A stretch of 63,714 bases of DNA, taken from a virus (Duplodnaviria; Caudoviricetes). Below are positions 47,087-56,388 of this stretch, one piece after another. The notes under the pieces were generated by a model. It ran no database searches. It was not told the origin of the DNA and was given only the letters and a program-made list of their open reading frames with translations. Position numbers and translations under genes: made by a program. The DNA lies in the IMG/VR virus record IMGVR_UViG_3300025096_000015, positions 1 through 63,714 of that record; one strand, 5' to 3'. Within the stretch, counting starts at the first letter, position 1, and every line of letters begins with the position of its first letter.

Positions 47087-48202
47087 ATGGCGAGAAAAGC
47101 TAAAACTAAAGCAGGAAAACTTTCCATGTCAGACATGCGAAATCTTATTAATAGAAAGGCTGGCATGTCTGTTGCACATGATTTAACAAGTGCTAATCCA
47201 ACCGAGGTAAAAGATTGGATTCCAACAGGCTCTCGCTGGTTGGACTCAATTGTTTGTCGCGGGAAATTAACTGGCATACCAGTAGGTAAGGTTGTTGAAA
47301 TTGCTGGTTTAGAATCAACTGGCAAGTCTTATATGGCTGCTCAGATTGCCGCCAATGCTCAGAACATGGGCATTGATGTAATCTATTTTGATTCTGAGTC
47401 TGCGATTGATCCAACTTTTCTGGAGCGCACAGGCTGTAATCTGGAAAACTTGCTTTATATTCAAGCACAGAGTGTAGAGTTCGTACTTGAGACAATTGAG
47501 GATCTTCTCGCCAATAATGAAAATCGTATGCTCTTTATTTGGGACAGTCTTGCTCTGACCCCATCTGTTAGTGATGTTGAAGGCGATTTCAATCCTCTCT
47601 CTTCAATGGCTGTAAAAGCCAGAATACTCGCCAAAGGCATGTCCAAATTGACTGTTCCCATAGCGAACAGCCAATCGACATTTCTCGTTCTTAATCAACT
47701 TAAGACAAACATCACTAGAAGCCCTTCTGAAGCAATGGTAGAGCCTTATATGACGCCTGGTGGAAAAGCTATGATATACGCATATTCTTTACGCGTATGG
47801 CTTACAGGAAGAAAAGCAAAGGCTAGCTATGTGCTAGACGAAAGAGGGTTTAGGGTGGGGTCAGAGGTCAAGGCTACTCTCAAAAAGAGTCGCTTTGGCA
47901 CCCAAGGTAGACAAGCAAGTTTTAAAATTTTATGGGGAGATAATATTGGTGTTCAGGATGAAGAGAGTTGGTTCGAAGCAATCAAAGGTTCAGAACACCT
48001 CAAGCAGAGCGGAGCATGGTATTCGCTACAGTATAAAGATGGCACAGAAGAAAAGTTTCAGCCATCAAAATGGAAAAATATGTTGACAAATAAGAAATTT
48101 CGTGATAGAGTGTTAGATATAATGGATGAAGAAGTTATCTTAAAGTTCGACAAACGACAAGGCGAAGCATCGGACTTTTATGATATTGAACAAGAAGAGT
48201 AA
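47087..48202 (+). CDS. recA: RecA/UvsX recombinase
   Basis: IPTGS..LD, EIAGLESTGKS, FDSE, WDSLA, LNQL, TPGGKA. Confidence 0.95.
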   Translation: MARKAKTKAGKLSMSDMRNLINRKAGMSVAHDLTSANPTEVKDWIPTGSRWLDSIVCRGKLTGIPVGKVVEIAGLESTGKSYMAAQIAANAQNMGIDVIYFDSESAIDPTFLERTGCNLENLLYIQAQSVEFVLETIEDLLANNENRMLFIWDSLALTPSVSDVEGDFNPLSSMAVKARILAKGMSKLTVPIANSQSTFLVLNQLKTNITRSPSEAMVEPYMTPGGKAMIYAYSLRVWLTGRKAKASYVLDERGFRVGSEVKATLKKSRFGTQGRQASFKILWGDNIGVQDEESWFEAIKGSEHLKQSGAWYSLQYKDGTEEKFQPSKWKNMLTNKKFRDRVLDIMDEEVILKFDKRQGEASDFYDIEQEE

Positions 48203-48204
48203 AG

Positions 48205-48558
48205 ATGAAAAAGCTAGTCCTTTTGCTGCCGTTGTTTCTCAGTGTCAGCTGTGTTAGATATGTAGAAGAAATACCTTCGGCAAAATATTGTGAAATAGAG
48301 TACGTTGAAACCAAATATAATGGGTTGGTTCTACCCTGTTTTGACGATCAAAAATGGTACAGAGATGTGGTGCCGTGTAACAAAGTAGCTGGTTATCGAC
48401 GTGTGAGCCCCGTCGTCTACTTTATTTCATGGCATGGAATGTACAATCCAAATCGTATATATCTCCGCCGCATCCCCCGTCCTCACCCACGCCGCATTCG
48501 TAAAACTGCGAAGCGTGAAAAATCCTTTACAAAGCCAAGACATTACGGTGGGCAATGA
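48205..48558 (+). CDS. Putative lipoprotein / exported protein
   Basis: MKKLVLLLPLFLSVSC signal ending in Cys. Arg-rich tail. Confidence 0.5.
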   Translation: MKKLVLLLPLFLSVSCVRYVEEIPSAKYCEIEYVETKYNGLVLPCFDDQKWYRDVVPCNKVAGYRRVSPVVYFISWHGMYNPNRIYLRRIPRPHPRRIRKTAKREKSFTKPRHYGGQ

Positions 48559-48950
48559 AAATCACGAACAAAACTCAGCGTTATCTATCTGTAGCCAAAA
48601 GAGTAGCCCAACAAGGCGCCTGCGAGAAAACTAGTCACGGCGCAGTGTTGGTGAAGGGCGGCAACGTTATAAACGCTGCTCGAAACAAGTGGACTTATTC
48701 TTCTTTTGGTAAAAGATTTCGCGAGAGAGGTAAAGGAATATCAACTCTTCATGCAGAGCTAGCAGTCGTTCTCAATTTAGATAGATCTATAACGCGAGGA
48801 ACGGACATTTATGTTGTCAGAGTTAATAAGAAGGGAGACTTTAAAATGAGCAAGCCATGCAGTATGTGTGAAACTGCTCTTAAACACGTTGGAATAAAGA
48901 GAGTATATTACACGACAGATGATGGGACTATTGAATACTACAAATTATGA
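48555..48950 (+). CDS. Zn-dependent cytidine/dCMP deaminase-fold protein
   Basis: HGAVLV, HAE, SKPCSMC, GIKRVYY. Confidence 0.88.
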   Translation: MKITNKTQRYLSVAKRVAQQGACEKTSHGAVLVKGGNVINAARNKWTYSSFGKRFRERGKGISTLHAELAVVLNLDRSITRGTDIYVVRVNKKGDFKMSKPCSMCETALKHVGIKRVYYTTDDGTIEYYKL

Positions 48951-49215
48951 TTCTAATGATAGCATGGAAGAGAGATTTTTGGAAGAACTAAGAGAGTCTT
49001 TTCCAAAAATGAAATTCACTCTTATCAATTTGGAACTTCCGAGTCCGTTGTTTGATTGTGGGGAACGACAAACTCTCAAGGCCGGCAGAAAGAAACTTAA
49101 ATCATCATGGACTCCTCCATTGTCAGAAATTAAAGAGGAAGAGTTTTACCAGCGTTTGTTGGGTGAGTGCATAGATGAAATTAACAAGTTATATCCAAAA
49201 AGAAGGTGGTTTTGA
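48919..49215 (+). CDS. Hypothetical protein
   Basis: Fills the gap between genes. True start may be ATG 48964. Confidence 0.55.
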   Translation: MMGLLNTTNYDSNDSMEERFLEELRESFPKMKFTLINLELPSPLFDCGERQTLKAGRKKLKSSWTPPLSEIKEEEFYQRLLGECIDEINKLYPKRRWF

Positions 49216-50177
49216 AAAGAGTACTAATAATTGATGCCCTTAATATTTATTTGAGAGCTTATATATCCAACCCTTCAATTGCTTCGAATGGTCAGCCAAT
49301 TGGAGGAGCATTTGGCTTCCTTAAATCTTTACAGAAATACTGTAGAGAGATGAAGCCAGATCATATTGTTGTTTGTTGGGATGGTCCTGATGGAAGCAGA
49401 AAAAGAAAGACAATGCACAAAGGCTATAAACAAGGCAGAAAGCCCATTCGTCTTAATCGTAATGTACGTATCATGTCTGAAGAGGAAGAGCAAAACAATA
49501 AAGTTTGGCAGCAACAAAGATTGATAACATACCTTAACTGTCTTCCTGTTTCTCAGATCATGATTGAAAAAATTGAAGCAGATGACATCATTAGTTATGT
49601 TGCACAAATGCCTCATTTCAAAGACGCCCAGAAAGTTATCATTTCCAGCGATAAGGATTTTTATCAACTTTGTAATGATAAAACAGTGGTATACAGACCG
49701 GTCCAAATTGAGTTCATAAACGTCAAAAGGTTGGTTGAGACGTTCGGTATACATCCAAACAACTTCGCCCTCGCAAGGGCTATTTGCGGCGATAAGAGCG
49801 ACAACCTAGACGGTGTTGGCGGCGCAGGGTTAAAGACCGTTGCTAAGCGGTTTCCGTTCCTCTCAGAGGCAAATACACACGAGATAGGGACGCTCCTGAA
49901 GGCGTGTGAAGAAGTTGAAAACCCTCTAAAAGTTCATCATAATATTTTGAGTGGAGAGAAGAAAATAATAAGAAATTATAAGATGATGCAGTTGTATACT
50001 CCTCTTATTTCAGTGCAAGCTAGTCAAAAGATTAAGTACGCTATCAAGGATATGACACCAGAATTAAACAAAACTCAATGCATCGGCTTGATGATTGAAG
50101 ATGGTATCGGTGCATACGATTGGTCAGAAATGTTTGCGACAATGAAAAGAATTTGCTTGACACCGATTGAAAAATGA
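49206..50177 (+). CDS. 5'-3' exonuclease / flap endonuclease (Pol I N-terminal / T4 RNase H family)
   Basis: LIIDA, WDG, YKQGR, EADD, SSDKDFYQL, GDKSDN..GV.G.G.KT. Confidence 0.93.
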   Translation: MVLKRVLIIDALNIYLRAYISNPSIASNGQPIGGAFGFLKSLQKYCREMKPDHIVVCWDGPDGSRKRKTMHKGYKQGRKPIRLNRNVRIMSEEEEQNNKVWQQQRLITYLNCLPVSQIMIEKIEADDIISYVAQMPHFKDAQKVIISSDKDFYQLCNDKTVVYRPVQIEFINVKRLVETFGIHPNNFALARAICGDKSDNLDGVGGAGLKTVAKRFPFLSEANTHEIGTLLKACEEVENPLKVHHNILSGEKKIIRNYKMMQLYTPLISVQASQKIKYAIKDMTPELNKTQCIGLMIEDGIGAYDWSEMFATMKRICLTPIEK

Positions 50178-50185
50178 GTTATAGT
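50157..50185 (+). promoter_or_regulatory. Sigma70-type promoter upstream of small ORF, tRNA and helicase
   Basis: TTGACA-17nt-TATAGT. Confidence 0.65.
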
Positions 50186-50365
50186 AGTAAAATGATTCAT
50201 GACAAAGACAGAAAGATGGAAGAGATTATTTTAGAAGTACTTGAAGATTTTAATAGTTATTCAACAAACATCTCTTCAGAAATTTCTAGGAGAATGATTG
50301 CAAAGGCGGTTATTAAGAAAATCAAGAAGATATACAACTACGATGTAAAGTATTTTTATAGTTAA
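50174..50365 (+). CDS. Hypothetical protein
   Basis: ATGA overlap with the upstream stop. Alternative in-frame ATG at 50192. Confidence 0.55.
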   Translation: MSYSSKMIHDKDRKMEEIILEVLEDFNSYSTNISSEISRRMIAKAVIKKIKKIYNYDVKYFYS

Positions 50366-50370
50366 AATTT

Positions 50371-50444
50371 ACGCCCGTAGTTTAGTAGGTTAGAGCGCCA
50401 CTCTTATAAGGTGGAAGTCCCTGGTTCAAGTCCAGGCGGGCGTA
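50371..50444 (+). tRNA. tRNA-Ile, anticodon UAU, CCA not encoded
   Basis: Acceptor ACGCCCG/CGGGCGT, anticodon arm CCACT-CTTATAA-GGTGG, T arm CCTGG-TTCAAGT-CCAGG, discriminator A followed by CTA. Confidence 0.9.
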
Positions 50445-50459
50445 CTAAAAAAGGTTATT

Positions 50460-51869
50460 ATGACAAAAGAAGAGAGAGTAGATTTTTCAAAATATGGCAA
50501 GGATTTTCAAGAAAAATTATGTCAACTGATCCTACAAGACAGAATTTTTTGCGATCAAATTGAAGAGGTGTTAGATATACAGTTCTTGGAACTAAAGTAT
50601 CTACGCGTCTTCATTGAAAAGGTTTTTTCTTACAGAGAGAAGTACAAAGTTCACCCAACAATCCGCATCATGTTAACGATAATGCGTTCTGAGTTGGATG
50701 ATGAAAATGACGCTACGCAAAAACAAGTGAGAGATTATTTTTCCAGAATTCATAAGTGTGATATGGAAGTTGAAGGAGAAGAGTATATTAAGGACACTGC
50801 TCTTGATTTTTGTAGGAAACAAGTGCTGAAGGAGGCTATGCTCAAGAGTGTTGGTCTTCTCAAGAGTTCATCATTTGATGAAATTGCATGTACTATTAAT
50901 GATGCCCTTAAATTAGGATGTGATAATAATTTTGGATACGATTACCTGAAAGATTTTGAAAAAAGATTTCAAATTAAATCTAGAAATCCCATAACGACTG
51001 GATGGGACTATGTTGACGATATAACGAAAGGCGGGCTTGGCAAGGGAGAGCTTGGAGTGGTTGTCGCTCCTACCGGGGCAGGAAAATCAATGGTTTTGGT
51101 TCATTTAGGAGCACAAGCAATAAAAGAAGGAAAAAATGTTGTTCATTACACTTTAGAATTATCCGATACTGTGGTAGCATCAAGATATGACAGTTGTATA
51201 ACAGGAGTTCCTCTAAAAGACTTGTTTGTATTTAAAGAACAAATTTACGAAAGTGTTCAAGATCTTGAAGGTGGTCTTATTGTTAAAGAATATCCAACAA
51301 AATCTGCTTCTACGAAAACTTTGGAAAATCATCTTGAAAAGTTACGACAAAGAGATTTTAAGGTCGATATGATTCTTGTTGATTATGGAGATCTTTTGAA
51401 ACCAAACGTTATTCGTAAAGAGAAAAGAATGGAGTTGGAATCTATTTATGAAGAGTTAAGAGCAATTGCTCAAAAGAATAATTGTCCTGTTTGGACAGCT
51501 TCGCAAACTAATAGGTCCGGATTGAATGCTGAAGTTATAACAATGGAATCTATTTCCGAAGCCTTTAACAAGTGTTTCGTCGCAGATTTTATTTTTTCCA
51601 TTTCTAGGACAATCGAACACAAAAATACAAACACTGGAAAATTGTTTGTTGCTAAGAATAGATTTGGTCCTGATGGATTGATACATCCCATATTTATGGA
51701 CACCTCAAACGTCAGTATTAAAGTGTTTGAGTCTGTTGATGAATCTATCGACGACATCAACGCTAAAGCAGCCCGAGACAGGGCGGTGAAGGAAACTAAA
51801 GAGCAGGAAATTATATTGAAAGAAAAGTATAAACAATTTAAAAACGGGAGGAACAAGAAAAATGTATAG
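50460..51869 (+). CDS. dnaB: Replicative helicase (DnaB / gp41 family)
   Basis: APTGAGKS, YTLEL, ILVDY, TASQTNR, AKNRFG. Confidence 0.93.
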   Translation: MTKEERVDFSKYGKDFQEKLCQLILQDRIFCDQIEEVLDIQFLELKYLRVFIEKVFSYREKYKVHPTIRIMLTIMRSELDDENDATQKQVRDYFSRIHKCDMEVEGEEYIKDTALDFCRKQVLKEAMLKSVGLLKSSSFDEIACTINDALKLGCDNNFGYDYLKDFEKRFQIKSRNPITTGWDYVDDITKGGLGKGELGVVVAPTGAGKSMVLVHLGAQAIKEGKNVVHYTLELSDTVVASRYDSCITGVPLKDLFVFKEQIYESVQDLEGGLIVKEYPTKSASTKTLENHLEKLRQRDFKVDMILVDYGDLLKPNVIRKEKRMELESIYEELRAIAQKNNCPVWTASQTNRSGLNAEVITMESISEAFNKCFVADFIFSISRTIEHKNTNTGKLFVAKNRFGPDGLIHPIFMDTSNVSIKVFESVDESIDDINAKAARDRAVKETKEQEIILKEKYKQFKNGRNKKNV

Positions 51870-54276
51870 TAAGGAACATGTGCGAGAAAGTGCATTAAAA
51901 TATTTTAATGGTGATCAGTTAGCTGCTAACGTTTGGGTGACTAAGTATGCCTTAAAAAACAAGAAGGGTGATTTTACAGAAGAGAGCCCTGATGATATGC
52001 ATGTTCGGATGGCGAAAGAGTTCGCTAGAATGGAAGAAAAGTTTGGTGGGAAAACCGCGCTTTCACAGAATGATATCTATGAACTGTTAAAAAACTTCAA
52101 GTACATCGTCCCTCAAGGATCTCCAATGATGGGCATTGGAAACAACTACGTTAACGTTTCTTTGTCAAATTGTGTTGTTGTCGACTCTCCAAAGGATAAT
52201 ATTTCTTCAATTGTTGATTCAGGCAAATATCTCGCCAACTTGTTTAAGCGTCGTTGCGGTGTAGGGCTCGACATTTCTGAACTGCGTCCCGAAAATGCCC
52301 CCGTTAACAATTCTGCAGGTACTACAACTGGAGCTTGGTCTTTTGCGGACTTCTATTCTTACGTATGTCGTATGATCGGGCAAAATGGAAGACGCGGCGC
52401 ACTTATGATCACGATGGATATAAAGCATCCAGATATTGAACAATTTGTGGCAATGAAAAACGACTTAACTAAAGTAACTGGCGCAAATGTATCTGTAAAG
52501 ATAAGTGACGAGTTTATGAAAGCGGTAGAAGACAAACAACCGTTCACTTTACAGTTTCCTGTTGACTCTAACAACCCAGACATAACGAAAGAGATACAAG
52601 CAGAAGATTTGTGGAATCTTATTGTAGAATCAGCCACTAAAACAGCTGAACCCGGCTTAATGATGTGGGACAATATTATTAATAACCTGCCGGCAGAGAA
52701 TTATGCCGATGTTGGGTTCAAAACATTAACGACTAATCCCTGCGGAGAGATTCCTCTCTCTGCTTACGACAGTTGCAGGTTGATATCAATTAATTTAAAG
52801 AACTTTGTCGTCAACCCGTTTAAGAGTCCAAAATTTGATTTCCATAAATTTTATGAAGTGGCAACGCAAGCCATGAGGCTCTCAGACGATCTGGTTGAGC
52901 TTGAAATCGAAAAGCTTGAAAAGATTATCAAGACATGCGATACAAAAGATGAAAAAGCGTTATGGAAAAATCTTTTAAAAGCTTGTCGCGACGGCAGAAG
53001 GACAGGCCTTGGCACGCACGGGTTGGCTGATGCGATTGCTTGTTTGAATCTTCGATACGATTCTGATGAAGCTTTAAAAGTAATAGAAAAGATTTATGAA
53101 ACCTTGAGAGATGCTGCATATACCGAAAGTATTAACCTTGCCAAGGAACGAGGCATGTTCCCAGTGTTCGATTGGGACAAAGAGAAAACGAATTCCTATA
53201 TCTCGAGATTGCCGAAAATTTTGCGGGAAAAAATTTCTAGATTTGGAAGGCGCAATATTTCTATTCTAACGAACGCTCCTACCGGTTCTGTTTCTATTAT
53301 GTCTCAGACTAGTTCTGGCATTGAACCCGTTTTTAGGAATTCTTACAGACGTAGAAGAAAGCTTTCTCACAATGAAAAAGATGTCACACCGGACTACATT
53401 GATGAACTCGGAGACAAGTGGTTAGAGTATGGTGTATTTCATCATAATCTGCAAGAATATCTTGATTTAATGAAAACAGAAAAAATTCCAGACTTTTTTG
53501 TCGAGAGCGATCAAATTGATTGGCCAAGAAGAGTCGATATTCAAGCTGCGATTCAAAAAAGTATAGATCATTCGATTAGCTCAACGATTAATCTTCCAAA
53601 GGGAACAGATCCGAGTGTTGTTGGGGATCTTTATTTTGAAGGGTGGAAAAAGGGGCTTAAGGGAATTACAGTATATGTTGATGGGAGTAGAAGTGGAGTA
53701 CTGGTTACAGACAATGCAGATGCCTCATTCCCGCAAAATGGAGCACCGAAACGACCAGATGAACTTTTATGCGATATCCACCACACCACAATCCAGGGTG
53801 AAAAGTGGACAATTCTTATTGGACTATATGATAATAAGCCTTACGAAGTATTGGGGGGTCTTTCAAATTTGATCGAAATTCCAAAAAAGCATAATCGAGG
53901 AATACTGACGAAGCATAGTTTCAAAACCAGAAACAACAGGTATGATCTACAGATTGGGGAAGGAGAAGACGCTATTTTTATTAAAGGTGTTGTAACAGTG
54001 TTTGACAATCCTACGAATTCTGCTTTTACACGAATGATCTCTCTTGCCCTCCGCCATGGCGCCCGACCAAGTTTCTTGGTTGAACAATTACACAAAGATC
54101 GTGATAGTGATATGTTCAGTTTTTCGAGATGCATTGCGAGAATTCTTAAGAATTATATTCAGAATGGCGAACAAGTGGCAAGTGATAAAGTATGTGAAGC
54201 TTGTGAAAGCGAAGGATTGATTTATCAAGATGGATGCGTAACTTGCGAAACTTGCGGTTATGCAAAATGTGGTTGA
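51862..54276 (+). CDS. nrdJ: Class II (B12-dependent) ribonucleotide reductase
   Basis: SNCVV, RRGA, TNPCGEI, APTGS, SSGIEP, C-terminal Cys cluster CEAC..GCVTCETCGYAKC. No adjacent beta subunit. Confidence 0.88.
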   Translation: MYSKEHVRESALKYFNGDQLAANVWVTKYALKNKKGDFTEESPDDMHVRMAKEFARMEEKFGGKTALSQNDIYELLKNFKYIVPQGSPMMGIGNNYVNVSLSNCVVVDSPKDNISSIVDSGKYLANLFKRRCGVGLDISELRPENAPVNNSAGTTTGAWSFADFYSYVCRMIGQNGRRGALMITMDIKHPDIEQFVAMKNDLTKVTGANVSVKISDEFMKAVEDKQPFTLQFPVDSNNPDITKEIQAEDLWNLIVESATKTAEPGLMMWDNIINNLPAENYADVGFKTLTTNPCGEIPLSAYDSCRLISINLKNFVVNPFKSPKFDFHKFYEVATQAMRLSDDLVELEIEKLEKIIKTCDTKDEKALWKNLLKACRDGRRTGLGTHGLADAIACLNLRYDSDEALKVIEKIYETLRDAAYTESINLAKERGMFPVFDWDKEKTNSYISRLPKILREKISRFGRRNISILTNAPTGSVSIMSQTSSGIEPVFRNSYRRRRKLSHNEKDVTPDYIDELGDKWLEYGVFHHNLQEYLDLMKTEKIPDFFVESDQIDWPRRVDIQAAIQKSIDHSISSTINLPKGTDPSVVGDLYFEGWKKGLKGITVYVDGSRSGVLVTDNADASFPQNGAPKRPDELLCDIHHTTIQGEKWTILIGLYDNKPYEVLGGLSNLIEIPKKHNRGILTKHSFKTRNNRYDLQIGEGEDAIFIKGVVTVFDNPTNSAFTRMISLALRHGARPSFLVEQLHKDRDSDMFSFSRCIARILKNYIQNGEQVASDKVCEACESEGLIYQDGCVTCETCGYAKCG

Positions 54277-54301
54277 CATTTGTTTTAAAAAGTTTTATAA
54301 T
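54273..54301 (+). promoter_or_regulatory. Consensus sigma70 promoter
   Basis: TTGACA-17nt-TATAAT, then AGGAGG and ATG 54319. Confidence 0.9.
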
Positions 54302-54318
54302 AAATAAAGGAGGATAAA

Positions 54319-54546
54319 ATGAAACTTAATTATCTATTACCAGAAAAAGAGGCAAACGAACTTTGCGATGGTTCCAGAACTAGAATGAGAAAACATGCAT
54401 GGTCCCCAGGTGGACAATTACGCAAATCCGTCGACGGTTCGGTTGGAACTGAATTTTTTTGTAAAAGGTGCGAGAGGAGATATTGGCACTTTTTTACGTC
54501 AGAACAATACGAAACATACAAAAATCTTTTAGGAGAAGTAGCATGA
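54319..54546 (+). CDS. Small putative Zn-binding protein
   Basis: C..H.W...CKRC pattern, strong RBS. Confidence 0.65.
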   Translation: MKLNYLLPEKEANELCDGSRTRMRKHAWSPGGQLRKSVDGSVGTEFFCKRCERRYWHFFTSEQYETYKNLLGEVA

Positions 54547-54815
54547 AATTTGAACCAAGAAATAGACACTTGTTAGTGGAAAAGATTGAAAACGAAGAAG
54601 AGAAATCAAATGTTTTATTACCAGAGGGGTACAAAAAAGTTGAAGAATACTCACTATTGCGTGTACTGTCTGCAAGTCCAGATTGCTCTGTGATGGCTAG
54701 AAAAGGTGAAAAAATTATTGTTCCTACACATTTAATTCAAGAAATCAGGGTGGAGCAAGAAGAATTTTCTATTATTCTTGAAAATCATATATGCGGGGTG
54801 GTGTTCAATAAATGA
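54543..54815 (+). CDS. groES: GroES-like co-chaperonin
   Basis: MKFEPRNRHLLVE, mobile loop SNVLLPE, GEKII, ILENHICG. AGGAG RBS and ATGA overlap. Confidence 0.75.
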   Translation: MKFEPRNRHLLVEKIENEEEKSNVLLPEGYKKVEEYSLLRVLSASPDCSVMARKGEKIIVPTHLIQEIRVEQEEFSIILENHICGVVFNK

Positions 54816-55309
54816 TGATGACTTATGCTGAATTAATCTGTGCCGCCGTGTTATCAATTAGTATGCCGAACGCAGAGTTTGCATGTAAGCACATGGACTC
54901 GGTTGTAAAATATTCGGATAAATATGATATCGATCCAGTTATTCTGACTGCACTAATCCATGCCGAAAGCAGATGGAATCCTAAAGTAGAGAGTAAAGCG
55001 GGAGCCTGCGGACTAACCCAAATTATTCCAAAGTGGTCGAGGAAGTTTGGATACATCGGATGCAAACGATTAAAAAATGATCCTGAAATGTCTATAAGAA
55101 AGGGAGCCCAGGTATTAAGTTACTGGGTCCACAATTACGGGAAGGGCAGCTACAGGCTAGGTTTATGCGGATATAATGCCGGATATCGTTGCCGAGGAAA
55201 GAGTAAGATTTTAGACAAGAACGGACACACCAGATATACTCGGAGAATAATGAAGACGTATAGAAAAATAGAATTGGAAATGATACCAGGCTGTATGCAT
55301 CGTGAATAA
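54812..55309 (+). CDS. Lytic transglycosylase (SLT domain)
   Basis: ALIHAES (catalytic Glu), GACGLTQI, YNAG. Confidence 0.9.
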   Translation: MMMTYAELICAAVLSISMPNAEFACKHMDSVVKYSDKYDIDPVILTALIHAESRWNPKVESKAGACGLTQIIPKWSRKFGYIGCKRLKNDPEMSIRKGAQVLSYWVHNYGKGSYRLGLCGYNAGYRCRGKSKILDKNGHTRYTRRIMKTYRKIELEMIPGCMHRE

Positions 55310-55324
55310 AAAAGGAGTAATAAC

Positions 55325-56383
55325 ATGAATGAAGCTACATATTTAAAAAAATTAGTATATGATCCCAATTGGGACAAGAAAAACGTTGAAATTGTCAGTC
55401 TAGATGACATTGTGGCAGGACCACATCAAGTCAATAATGCTGCGAGAGCAAATGGTTTAAATCCGTTTAAACTTGAACAACTTATGTACGAAATTGAAAC
55501 CGATGGTCAATTGGTTCCAGTTAGCGCAAGTAAACTCAGAAATGGGAAGTGGGAATTAAATGATGGTGGCCACAGGTTTAGGGCACTAACGGATCTCAGA
55601 CTTCAGCATCCAAAAAACAAGAAGTATAGCACTATTCGGCTAATTGCGGAGAGTCACCCCAGCGCAGAAGAACGTAATCTTCGTATGCTCAACGACAACC
55701 GAAGATACACATCTAATGAGGCGACGGATGATGATGTGATCTTTCTTATCCATCGTAACATTGCAGATTTAAAAGCTCTTGGAACGGATATCGATGCGAT
55801 AACGATAGAAAAAGTGAGAGAATACGTGAAAGAAAATATTTTCCCTACACCTCATGGAAACAAGGTAAACAGCTTGTCCAGAAAGGTTTATGCAAAACTT
55901 GATAATCCATCTTCAAAGTTTATTGCTCCAGTGAATGATAAGGAAACAATGGATCAGTTTAATGACAACAATCCATGGGGTATGCAATTGCCAACTTCAG
56001 GTCTAAATGATAAAGGCAAATATAATTGGGGTTCTGTTGTCGATGATGACAAAGGCCAATCTTGGGCTGTCTATAATTGTAATCAAGAAACGTGGGTGCG
56101 ACAAAATGTTTCGCATTACTCACTGAAAAAGAAGTTACAACGCGACTGCCCCAAAATTTTAGTTATTGCCTATAACAACAATCTTCGCGCAGGTGATTCG
56201 GATGAATGTCCGGTGCAAAGCTATCGAAAAAACGTTCAAAAACACAAAGATTATTGGAACAGCCATCGTCTGATCACTGAACCACTTATTGACAGGTTGG
56301 TGTTTTTGCCACAAGTGGTAACGGGTCCGAACAAAGAAGATATGCGTCACCTGTACACAGCTAAAGGCAAGAAAATTGTATAA
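55325..56383 (+). CDS. ParB/Srx-like N-terminal domain protein
   Basis: EIETDGQLVPV......WELNDGGHRFRAL. Confidence 0.65.
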   Translation: MNEATYLKKLVYDPNWDKKNVEIVSLDDIVAGPHQVNNAARANGLNPFKLEQLMYEIETDGQLVPVSASKLRNGKWELNDGGHRFRALTDLRLQHPKNKKYSTIRLIAESHPSAEERNLRMLNDNRRYTSNEATDDDVIFLIHRNIADLKALGTDIDAITIEKVREYVKENIFPTPHGNKVNSLSRKVYAKLDNPSSKFIAPVNDKETMDQFNDNNPWGMQLPTSGLNDKGKYNWGSVVDDDKGQSWAVYNCNQETWVRQNVSHYSLKKKLQRDCPKILVIAYNNNLRAGDSDECPVQSYRKNVQKHKDYWNSHRLITEPLIDRLVFLPQVVTGPNKEDMRHLYTAKGKKIV

Positions 56384-56388
56384 GATGT

